A stretch of DNA of 63,668 nucleotides, the filler included, from Intoshia linei (Eukaryota > Animalia > Orthonectida): NCBI GenBank assembly GCA_001642005.1. It is 7 parts of 7 records of this genome, joined end to end, with 100 filler letters (N's around TTAATTAATTAA, not from the genome) between each part and the next. Parts side by side here need not be neighbours in the genome. Positions count along the whole stretch, not along the records: positions 12,851 to 37,695 come from LWCA01000518.1; positions 37,796 to 48,163 come from LWCA01001275.1; 5 more parts are not named here. The stretch is one strand, 5' to 3'. The notes beneath the pieces were generated by a model that made no database searches, was not told the DNA's origin, and saw only the letters and a list, made by a program, of their open reading frames with translations. The translations under genes were made by a program, and so were the position numbers. Positions 26,437-38,100 of this stretch are shown one piece after another; within the stretch, counting starts at the first letter, position 1, and every line of letters begins with the position of its first letter.

Positions 26437-27952
26437 TACATAAATTCACAATCACAATCACTTTTACAAATTTAAAATTAAATGAAATATTGTTTATGAA
26501 AATGAAAATTTAACCGATACATAGAATTAAATGAGATAAAGTTTCATGGTTACAATTTAATTGTTGACTAGCAATGTTTGGCGCCATTTGTGCAGCAGGA
26601 AATATTTAAAAGTTTTATCATGTTATCTATAAACAATCTCTGTAATCTATAATTTCTTCTTTGTAAATGCTGAGTAATTAATATTATTACGCGTAAATTG
26701 CCTTTGGATAGTTTGTAAAGGTTCGTAATTTCTCTTATCGGATTTTTAGTATATTTTTGTTTGTTGGATCGGTTGGATGAACATGGAATAGTAAATTATT
26801 AAATTGTAAATGTGTATATTTTTTCTATTACTACACTATTTACGTTGTGCTTTTATTTGCAACGATACATTTTTTCATTGTTTAGATTTTCAATAATACT
26901 TATATTAGTGTAGTAATACATAAGCAATCTGCATTAATTTTGTAAATAATGCATTAGTACATTTCTACTCCTATATTTATATTATATATATATATATAAC
27001 AAGTAACTATTTTTATTAACCTCATTTAAACAAATTCAAGTGAAAGGATTATCAATATCTAAAGATGAAAATTTAATGTTGTTCAATGAAGTATGAAATT
27101 TCATTCACATTATCTCGCCGGTAAGAAAATAATTCATATTTTTTATTTTTTTTGAAATGACAGATATAAACGTTAATAAGAGTTTCCAAGGTTTATATTA
27201 ACCTTGGGTCTGTAATAAATATCAAAGATCATTAGATTACGAAAAAAAATTTTTCATAAAAGTATAACAAATGCAAGTGTTAATAAGTTAATAAGTGACA
27301 GAATAACATGGTAAAATCAAATCAGATTCTATGCGTAGCCCCTTAGCGTGACAAATCTGCCCCTAAAACATTTTAATTTGTGTATTAACATTGTAAAAAA
27401 TTTACGTTTTATGTATATGTTACAGGCAATTGGAAAATTATAAACTGAAACTGGATTAATTATCTATAGAGCAAACTTTAGTAACTAAAGCTGAGTTTAA
27501 CAAAATCATTTAAATGAATGCGTTTAAAATATTAAAGAAAATAATTTATTTTCTTAATTAATTAATTAATTGAAGTTATTTATTTAGACTACAGTCCAAA
27601 GTTAAAACTGAAATATTAAGATTAATTTTTTACTTACAAACCATTTTACAAAAAAATTAAAAATGTTCTATGGTGTTCACACCAGAGAATATTTTTTTTA
27701 TCCAATTCAATTATAAATTCTAAATCATTTTTTGATCTCTTATTTTACTCTAATTAATTAGGTTAAATAGCAACGTGAATAATAATTGCAAATTGCCTGT
27801 AACATATATAATAATCATTTATCATTAATCTATGTATTATTTTGTATGCTTGTAATAGTAGGATTTAATTGTAGGATTGATAATAGTGAATAGTAGGATT
27901 TTTAAAATAAATTTTCAACATGAATTTATTTTTTTTGGTAGAATAAAAATGT

Positions 27953-28005
27953 GCCTCGGCAGAGCTAGGTGTTGTTTGTACGTAGTACATAACAGTCAAC
28001 CTAGT
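27953..28005 (+). mobile_element. Helitron-type 3' end (hairpin + CTAG|T); copies at ~33152-33195 and ~44225-44286
   Basis: TGTTGTTTGTAC-GTA-GTACATAACAGTCA hairpin followed by CTAG T. Confidence 0.65.
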
Positions 28006-28720
28006 CATCATATATTATTACATTTAAAAAATCAAATTTAATTTTTACTCTTTTAATAGAACATTAAATTTATCAATTTTTTGATGAAATTTTTGATAAA
28101 AATGTCTTTAAATAATGTTCCAGATATTTGGCAATTTTGAAATTATTCATATTAAGAGATAGATTATTTGACGTATACTAGTCTATAATTTTAATACAGT
28201 ACATTGTAATTTGCTTTTAAAAGATTTTTAATGAAGAAAAAAAATTTGTAGGATTAAATTGTAGTACATGTACATTTATGAAATTTATTATATTTATTTG
28301 AATACATTTTGTATTCACTGAAATTTATTCAGTTTAACTAAAATTGGATTAAATGGATTTGATTTAGTATTAGTTTTATTAAAAAAATCTATAATATTAT
28401 ATATCGATTAATATTAATTGCATAAATAATATCACTACTATGTCATATATATAATTGTATATTGGAGAATCTTGAAAACCAGTCCAATTCAGGTGTAATT
28501 CATCACATTTAATTATATACATTTAATATATACTAAAAAAAGGAACCATTTTTTATTTCATAGTAATTTCAAGTAAGATGCATGCAATTTAGTATTGAAT
28601 AATATAAATCAATACTGCGATCTCACAACTAACTAAAGCAATATATAAAATATCGCAGACTTCATTTACAATTTAGTTTTATAGTTTCAACAGTTGGGAT
28701 TTTAATATAAAATTACATTT

Positions 28721-31700
28721 ATGCGTTTTTATCTATTTTCTGTAGTATTAGTGTGTTTGGTGGGATATGGTCATATGAAGGGTATTTGTTCTTTTAGAGG
28801 TTTATTTTTTCATTTATTTAGAACGCAGTTTCAAGGACAAATTTGCACATTTTATGAAGATGATGATTGACGAACCGGGTATATCAGTTTTTTAATTTCA
28901 TCTTAATTTTTACTGAATTTTAAACTATACTGTTTAAATTGTTCTTAAGTTAACATTACATTGCAATAGAAAAACCATTGCAATGTTCAAATCTTCATTT
29001 AGATATATACTAGTCTGGCTATTATGTGCATCGTGCAAACAGCCAGCTCTACCTCAGGTGTACTTTTGAATTTTAAAAATTTTTCTTTTATTGATTACAA
29101 AAAATAAGAGTATAATCTGAAAAATAAAATAAAAACAGTACCAATATACGTATAACTTTAAAAAACTGTTATAAAAAATTTGAAAAAAGAATAAAATAAT
29201 TGGAAATGGAAGCAACTGTATTAGCTGTGATTATTTAAAAATTGTAGGGTTTTTCATTTTTAAAATAAGGGTAATATGGGTTTTTAACGTGAAGATGTAA
29301 GTTTCTGAGGTTTAGATTTACTATAATCTTAATGATTTTAAAAACTCTCCTAGAATTTTAAATTTAAAAAAAAAGTAATTTAGGAGTTTGGCCCTGATGG
29401 CATCAATTTCTGAGAATAAAATTTATGATAAAACATTACTCCCAAAAAATTGTAATACAAAATGGTGTTTTTAAAACTCTAGGACGTTTAATTTTTTAAT
29501 TGAACATACACATAGACACAGCCAGACTTTCATTTTTATATACAGAAAATTTTTTGTAGGTGAAGGATGTATTTGTAATTACCATGTTTTTAGTACGTCA
29601 TCTTTTTTCAGTATTTAATTAAGTTTACAATATTAGAAATACCATAAAATTACTGTCAGAATTTTGTAGGGTTTTAAATACGTATGATTTAAGAAGACAA
29701 ATTTTAATTTGTAATTATGTAATCACAAAATGATAATAAAAATGTAGATATACAATAATAATATTTGTATATAATGAATGTGTATAAAATTTTATTTGCA
29801 TCACTGTTATAATTGGGATTCCATTATCATTTTATTATTTTTATTTGTTAATTTGATTGAAATGTAATACATTTAGTTTCATATACATATTAAAAGAAGA
29901 TTTTATTTAGTTGATATCAAACAAACGCTTGGAATATTTTTTGATATAATTCGCATAATTTTATGCTAAGTTATTGACACATTTCCTATATAATCTATGA
30001 ACATTTTTGTGTTTTCATTATACAATTCAATTTAATTTAATGATTTTTTTAAATTATTAACAAGTAAAAAAATTTTTTTTAGTTTTAGTACTAAAATTTA
30101 GTAGAGAGTGATTTTAAATTTTTTGAAAATGAGTACATAAGGTATTTGAGAATGAAAAATTGCGAAGGAATCAATTTATGAGATTTCCACCCATATTTCT
30201 TTATGGAAATGTGTTGACGTTCAATGCACATTTTTTTTGAAATTTTTATTTTAATCGAAATATTTGAAAAATATTGATTGCTAATTTATTAAAAATTAAT
30301 TATCACCGAGAATGCGTAAATTTCTGAGGTTGAAATTTTGTATTTGTATCAACTGAAATAAGCTGTATCAGAATAATTTTTTTTTTTTTAATTTTCAGAC
30401 CGTTAATTATTTCAAATTTTTTTGTTTTAATAACAGTTTCATAATAAAAAAGAATGAATACTAAGTGCTTTTTTGACCGTGAACGCGTTACTTTGTCAGA
30501 TTGAAATTTTTTGTGTGTGTTCACTGGATATAATTGTATCGACTGCATTTTTTTTAAATTCTAGGACTATTTTTTTTTTAATAAAAAAAGGCCAATCTGG
30601 GTTTTTGTCGTGAAAATGCACTTTTTTGAGGTTGCCATTTATTGAAATGATTATGATTTTAAAAATATCCCAGAATTTATGTTTTATAAAATTTTAGTAC
30701 ATGTTTCATTTTTTAAACATGGGGTAATTTGTGGTTTTGACCATAAAATGTTTAAAAATAATCATCCCAAAAATGTAATAAAACATACATTATGGGACGC
30801 GTTTTGAAATTATTAACATTGTCGTAAATCTCAACCTCAGAAACTTAAATATTCATAATATCGTCTCTTTGGGTAATATTATGCTCTAATAAAATTTTTT
30901 CGTTCAATTTGGAATTTTACTTGTATTTAATAAATTGAGAAAAAACTTTTATCTCAGTTGCAATATTTTCATATTAGATTATTATAATTATTAGATAAGA
31001 CCCATTAGATTGAAGTGCCTGATGTATAAAAAATATCATAAATAAAATGTAACCACATTAATTTAGTAGGGATATTAACACTATGTGTGTGATAGAATTT
31101 CTATAATTTCTAACTACATCATATGAAGTATGTAACACGCATAGTGTTAATTACAATTTTTAATCATTTTAAATTATTTTTATCATTAGACGATAAAAAG
31201 TTTGACATGTTTATGAACAAGTTGTACAATTTTTTAAAATATGTGCGGCAAAAGCGAATTGAAACAAACACTAAAGGTGATTATATAGATACGGGAGAAG
31301 GTAATGATGAATACAATGATGGTAAATTGGACTTTATTCACTTGAATCGGAATGATCATTATGCTCAAGATCAAAATAGAAATCAGGATTTTCAAGATTA
31401 TTATAAAGATTTACATCACGAGGAACGAAACAATTATAATCAATTTAGTAAGTATAATGGTATGAGACCAGATATGGATAGTAATGGGATTGCCACAAAA
31501 TTTAATGGGTATGATCATGACGGTTACAATTCTGATGCTTATAAAAATTATGATATGAATTTAAAAAACGTTGACCAGAAAGATCAACGGGATAGTCTTG
31601 GAGTGGAAAAGATTCAGAGAGGTGATATTTAAAATTACAATCTTAAGTTTAATGTAATTAAATTTAAATTCAGATCAAAATGAATCAAAATTTAAAAATT

Positions 31701-31789
31701 TTCAAAAACACTTAAAGAATTTCAAAAAGTATAAAGATTTCGTTCAAGGTTCAGACCCAACTCTCAAGACGGAACATTTCGAAAGTTAA
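28721..31789 (+). CDS. Orphan secreted prepro-protein, 221 aa, with furin-type RQKR site
   Basis: Exons 28721-28781, 28822-28878, 31190-31621 and 31674-31789, all phase-1 GT-AG junctions in frame. N-terminal signal-like MRFYLFSVVLVCLVGYG; AATAAA at ~31834. Confidence 0.75.
29010..29546 (-). mobile_element. Short non-autonomous Helitron
   Basis: The minus strand begins TCTGTATATAAAAATGAAAGTC and ends with hairpin GGCTGTTTGCAC-GAT-GCACATAATAGCC + CTAG|T; no TSD. Confidence 0.7.
30160..30860 (-). repeat. Internal copy of the abundant Helitron-like repeat
   Basis: Similar to 52600-53100 and to the reverse complement of 17500-18080. Confidence 0.6.
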
Positions 31790-31961
31790 ATAATATTAAT
31801 CGACTTAAATATTAGTTAGAGCATATATAATTTAATAAACTATAGTCTATATTATTTAGTTGATTTTTGTGTATTTGTTTATTGTTTAATATTTAATATA
31901 TGAATAAATTATAATTTGTCCATTTATAATTTTAGTATTATCACAATGGTTGGGAAATTTA

Positions 31962-34900
31962 TTAAATCAATTCATATTTTAATTTTTTCATGAAATGGAA
32001 TATTGCTATTGTCATTCCTAATAGTATAATTGCAAAAAAAACGAGCAGCACAATAATGATTATGAAATAGTTTTGTTCTTCTATAATTAATTGTAATTAG
32101 AATTTTAGTATGTAATTTTAAATGGTTCTCAAGATTGTTGATTGTTGAAAATTTTAAGAACCATTTTTATTTTTATTCAAATTACCTGATGCTGGTTCAC
32201 AATACATGTCATAATTGTGTGTAATCAAATGACTATGAATATCTTTAAATTTGCTAAATGAGCATAATTCGTCGCAATCTAATTTTTTAGTCATTTTTAA
32301 ATTTGAAAAAAATAATAAATTACCTAATAGTCGCATGTTTTGCGTTTGTTTTGTAGTTCCATCTCGATATTTGATTTTTATTAAGTATTTATCAGTGTTT
32401 CTTTGCCATAATTCAAAAATTAGTGCGCTAGCATCTCCTGGTAATTTATTTTGATAAATTTTTAAAGCATTCATTAATGCAATCAGTACAGTTTTATCCT
32501 ATAATTTGTATTCAAAATTAGTAAGTAGAATTGACGCATTTTAGCGTAAATAGTATACCATAGAGCAGTGGTTCCCAGAAAAATATATTTTTGACCCCCC
32601 TAACAGTATACAAATATTTTTAGAAAACGTCAACTAGTACAAAATAGTAAATATGTTTATTATATATTATTATAAGTTATAATAGAATGTATGCATTTCA
32701 TGGACAAGTCATAGATTGTGTAAAATTTTCATTTATATTTTAGTTCAATTTTGGGTTTTAGAATTTTTTTTGAACTAAACTTTAAGGGGTTTTTTTTAGA
32801 AATTTTTTTGAACCAAAATTTAAGGGACGTTTTTTAGAAATTATTTTTAAACCAAATTTTTTAAGGGTTTTTAGGATTTTTTTTGAACAGAACTTTCAAG
32901 AAAGATTTTTAAGGTTTTTTGAATTATATTTTCAAGGGAGTTTTTAAGATTTTTTTTAACATAACTTTAAGGGTGGTTTTTTTAGAAATTTTTTTGAACC
33001 AAATTTTAAGGGGAGTTTTTAGGAATTTTTTTTTACTAAACTTAAAGACAACCTTAAAGTTTATTACAAATCTGTGCAATATTGGTAAAATTCATCTGCA
33101 ATATATCTTTCTAAAGTGCTGATTCCGTTAATTATTGATATATAATTAATTACTAGGATGCTGTTTGTACAAAGTACATAACAGTCAAGATAGTTTATAA
33201 TAATAAAACATGTTATTTATATCAAATTACAGTTGAATAAACGACGAGCAGTTCTTTATTTCGTTTAATTTTGATCCTTTGAAAATCGTTTATAACCGAC
33301 TGTAAAGAATTACCTACAATAATAGTTTATAAATATACTAAATGTAAATTTATATAAAATTACAATATCACTATATTTATTGTTATTCCAACTTATCCTC
33401 TAATACAGTGGTTCCCAAAAAAATATACTCGTCACTAGTGATTGTGATTTCTCGGGAAATGACAAAAATTGAATTCAAAATTAAATTTCTCGGGAAAAAT
33501 AAAAAATTTGTATTTATATATAATATAGAAGTATTAAAAATTTTAGAGACCATAATTAATTTTAGAAAAGAAAAGAACTTTAATTAATTAATTAATAATA
33601 AATTAATGAAATAACACGAATCTAGATTAAAATTTACAAATTTAATTAGAAAAAAATTGATTTTAAATTGTTGAAAAAGTGTTTCAAAACACACATAATA
33701 TTGTGTATACATAAATTTTATTAGTGGTGGGATTTTTGAAATGGTAAATTTTAAATATTATAATATAATCATATTTTCATAGTAATAACAAACATAAATC
33801 AAATACAGGTATGTCTTAATTTTTTTCGGGAAATCCCGGGAAAACGTAAAAATTCCGGGAAATTTAATTCCCGGAAACTATTAAATATCCCGGGAATTTT
33901 GACCCGGTTTTTTTCCCGGCACAATCACTACTCGTCACTCATCGGTGACATAACTAATATAATTTAAAAATATGTGACCATATCTTCAAAATTTTAAAAT
34001 CCAGTGATATGTAAAGATAAATAGAAAAACTTGCCACCAAAAATATGACTCGTTAAATAATATGTCATTTTGTTTTCCATGTCTTGTTTATAACTACTTA
34101 TTAGAATGTTTGCAAATGTATTTTGATCGTTTCCAATATTACCAGTGTAACGTTCAAGGCTCCAATCAGGTAAACTCATATTATTGTTTTTCTATATATA
34201 GTATTATAATGTCACATTATTCTTATATAATTATATCAATATAGTCCTGCATATTTAACATTTGGTGTTAAATTTAAAGTCAAAACTACTTATCTATGAA
34301 TACGAATAAAATTTTTTGGCTTAAAATTAATTTATTAACATTATGTAAATAAATATAAACTAAAAGTGATAGTATTTATTAAATCTGGTCACTTTACATA
34401 AAACGGAATTCAACGTAATATCTCCGTAATCATGAAAGTATCATTATATTTACTTTTCGGCTCGAATCAAGATCATTTTTAATTTTTACGTTACATTATT
34501 ATATGATGAATTTCAAATGACAAACACAACTCGAATAGAAAGCGTGAAATGTTTTTGATTACGAAATATATTTTATATTTTAAAAAAACAAACATTTAGT
34601 GCTAATTACCCATTAAATACTCAAAATTTCCAAAAAATGTGACACCATAGTGTGCATTAGGGTGTGAATTTTAGTGTTTTTATGGTGCACGAACGGATAA
34701 AGTCGCGTATGAAATTTTTATGGCTACACTGAAAAAAAATCTGGGATAATTTTTTGCAGAGACGCTTGACATTTTAAAAATCTCATTGTAAATAAATTTG
34801 ATAAATTACACTATACTCTAATTGTTGAGCATGGTGCATCCAATTTTCTTTGGTAACACTGTTTTCAGTAACTGCATCAATTTCCTTCCAAAAATTCTAA

Positions 34901-37343
34901 ATATGTGTTACAATTACAAAACATAATAGTACATCAGTAGTATCCATGTGACAAATATGAAATAGTTTTCTGCAATATGGTTCAAAGCTACAACTTCGGA
35001 TACTACCGAATCGTCTTTTGGGCCTTATTGCAGAACTATAGATATAGATCTCTAGTTGGGATACGACAATAATTTTAGGATATTATGATATATAAGTGTG
35101 TGGATGTATGTATATTTCTGTAAACTGTATATTAACTCTAATATGGAAACTCTGCTGTATATTATTCAATAAAATTACACTGGCTTTTGATTCTATAATG
35201 TTGTCGATAAATGAATCTTGAAATTTTTTGATCGTAGTAATTATTTTTTTACATGATGCTGGTCTGAGCAACTAAATGAATGAAATTTATTTAGGTAATT
35301 TATGATTAACTTTTATATAAACTTACATAATCATAACTTATTTGGTAAGTATGGATTGGTACGGGCGACCTAAATGTAAAATGATATGTGTATATTATTT
35401 TGATTTAATCTTAGACAACTTTTTGCGAACCACTTAAAACCATCGTTAAGATATAAAATCAAAATACTTTACTTTGTTACGTTATTGATTTAATATTAAA
35501 AATTTTTACTAGGACCGACAGTCGTCAGAGGTCCTGAATTTGAGAACCACTAAGCTATTGATTTATAAAATTTACCAATTTAATATATCAGTATAATCAG
35601 AAGAAATTTTAGAATTGTAGAAGTGAGATGAAAAAATCTCGGCGGAAACTATATTTTGATATATATTTTGATATATATTTTGAATTGAATTACCGATCGT
35701 TCTATCGTAATCATTACTTCGAAAATATGTCTAATAAATTTATTAAGCTAAATATAATTGTATTATTAATGATGTCATTGTTAAATAGGAAATAAGTTCC
35801 AGTATGGGCACTGTGAGCTTCTAGAAATTGGTTATATTTAAAATAATTTTAATTTATTTTAATTAAAAATTTTAAATTATTTATCTAATTTTGTCCACAA
35901 ATGTGAATATTATATTATTTACATTGATATACAGTAAACTCTGTCTATAAAAACAGATTTTGAGTTGTTTTTATAGAGTGTGTCGAACATTAGTTTAGTG
36001 TAGTGATACCCAGCTTAATTAACTCGCGGGCCACAATGTTTATAAAATTCAATTTTATTGACGTATTTTATATAGCTAAACAAAAAATATAGGCGTGTTT
36101 TCAATTTCCGGTGAAATTTAGAATTTACAATGTTAGTATTACACTGTGCAATTGGACAGTTGCAACACTCCAAAAAGGATTTTCAAAAAAATTTGTCAAA
36201 TTATAATAATTATTATCATTATTCATTGTACGTCGTACAGCATTGCCAGAAAATAAAGCTGATATATTCAGCTAAAATTGTTGATATATTATGTTATAAT
36301 AAACCAAAAAAATTTTTTTTTACAACATTGTCTTCAGTTTAATCTAATTAAAAAATATACAATTATTTTATTCAAAGAGGGCAAATGTAGGAAAATTTTA
36401 TTTAAGTGCAAAATTAAACAATTAATTATCTAAATGGAATGTTGACATTGTAAACAATCAAATTCAACAGACAAAAGAACATTTGGGTGTTATTTATTAA
36501 TACGTGTCAAAAATTTCATAAATTTATTGCATTTTGTGAGATAACCATCGCGGGCCAAAAATTTAAAATCTATTGGCTTCTAATTTTTTCTGTAATTTAA
36601 CCTTAATACATTAAAGTACCTACAAAGCATACATTAGTGCAAAATGGCAAAGTGACATGTGGTGTAATATTACAATGCAATTCCACATAGCATGTTTTAA
36701 TTTTATAATAAATCTCATTTTAAAAAACGAATATTCCTCAAAAAGTTAATTCACTCATGGGTCACAATTCGCTACCTCTGGTTTAGTGCTATACAGTAAT
36801 ATACAGAGTTACTGTATTATAATTTGATTTCTATTTATACAATTACCTGGTTTTTCTGATAGTTTTTTTTTATAAAATTTGTGAGTATATACTGTTCTTT
36901 ACAATATTGCGCTAACTCAATAATTTGATTTTTACCATTCTAAAATGAAATTATTTAAATATCTAATCCTGATAAATTGGTAGCCGAAGCTACTAAATGC
37001 CATCCGAAAATCAAAAATAAGTCTTAAAAAATTAATTTATGACACGACATATACAGTTATGATGTTCAATTTGAAAAAATGTAATCTGAAGAGTTTTGGA
37101 GTACGGTAGATTCGACTTACCTCATACCTCAGTCAATTGACCCATTGAATTGGTCCAATAAAATTTTGAATTATCCAACACATCATCAACTGGTTCAATT
37201 TCTCCGTGTGCCATAAACTGTAATACATTTATGCAATTATTGATAAATAATACTACCATAATAATTTTAATCAATCGATCATTGTCTTCTTTACTTGAAT
37301 ATGCACAAATTGTTAAAATACTGAACAAAAAAAAAATCTTCAT
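31962..37343 (-). CDS. Histidine acid phosphatase (ACP2/ACPP-like) type I membrane homologue, predicted catalytically impaired
   Basis: About 13 exons, e.g. 37343-37257, 37217-37128, 36939-36847, 34896-34810 and 34191-~34035. They encode a signal peptide, AHGEIEP, GQLTENGKNQ, RSNDYDRT..SA, WSPVPIHT, SLPDW, YST|DKTVLIAL, PGDASALIFEL, C..LC, a TM helix and a C-terminal YELI. Confidence 0.85.
32566..33050 (+). repeat. hAT-type terminus followed by ~37-bp tandem repeat array; related sequence at ~39560-39750
   Basis: CAGTGGTTCCCAG at 32566; units like TTTTAAGGGGTTTTTTTAGAAATTTTTTTGAACCAAAA recur across 32740-33050. Confidence 0.55.
33436..33930. mobile_element. hAT-type MITE with CGGGAA subterminal repeats
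   Basis: TIR TAGTGATTGTG...CACAATCACTA and perfect 8-bp TSD CTCGTCAC. Confidence 0.85.
35932..36814. mobile_element. pogo/Tigger-type MITE containing a nested hAT-type insertion (36001-36780)
   Basis: Outer TA|CAGTAAACTCTGTCTATA...TATACAGAGTTACTG|TA; the inner element is flanked by 8-bp TSD GTTTAGTG. Confidence 0.7.
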
Positions 37344-37795
37344 AGTCGATCAGTGTAAATACATTTGAAAGATTAGACAAAATAAACAATTTCATTTGTA
37401 GTTTTAATAAAAATGCAAACAAAAAACTAATAATTTGACATTAAATGTTGGTTGTATTTCGATACTAGTGACATTACTCCCTTTTCTAAACTATTTTCTT
37501 CCATTTCATTCTTTTTGGACTTTATATCTAAATATTTTTATATTTTTTAAACTAAATTTCATTATTGCTTTTTAACTTTTTAACAAGGGGGCTAGAACAG
37601 TGGCGACTCTGAGATCAAAACGTTACTCGTGCTCAACGCATTACCATAGAAACGAAACATATATAAACTTAATATCACTACAATTAATTAACTTTNNNNN
37701 NNNNNNNNNNNNNNNNNNNNNNNNNNNNNNNNNNNNNNNTTAATTAATTAANNNNNNNNNNNNNNNNNNNNNNNNNNNNNNNNNNNNNNNNNNNN

Positions 37796-38100
37796 CCGCC
37801 ACAGAGTCCTGATATAAATATCATAGAAAATATGTGGCACATATTAAAAAAAAAAATTAAAATTAGACAACCAAGCAATATCGAAGACTTATGGATGGTC
37901 GCATTAAATGAATGGAATAAAATACTAAATTCTTATATACAAAACCTATACAAAAGGATTCCAAGAAGAATCAAGTCCATTGTCACTTCTAAAGGACTAC
38001 ATACTAAATATTAAACAATTAATTTTCATCAAAGCTTTCAAAAATAATTATAATCACCAAAAAATTAATATAATTCAGGGGGTCCAAGACTTTTGTGTCT
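37796..38100 (+). mobile_element. Tc1 transposase 3' fragment at gap edge
   Basis: PPQSPDINIIENMWHILKKKI...W..I....IQNLY..IPRRI..IVTSKGLHTKY*. Confidence 0.85.

Noticed and set aside
32740-33050. Regular ~37-bp repeats as a CRISPR-like array (also 24180-24540, 5540-5830)
   Set aside because: Degenerate tandem units without unique spacers, inside eukaryotic TE-like elements, and no cas genes.
37090-37122. B-box-like GGTAGATTCGACT (also GTTCGAGGTC at ~60487) as tRNA/SINE
   Set aside because: No cloverleaf or A-box could be built.
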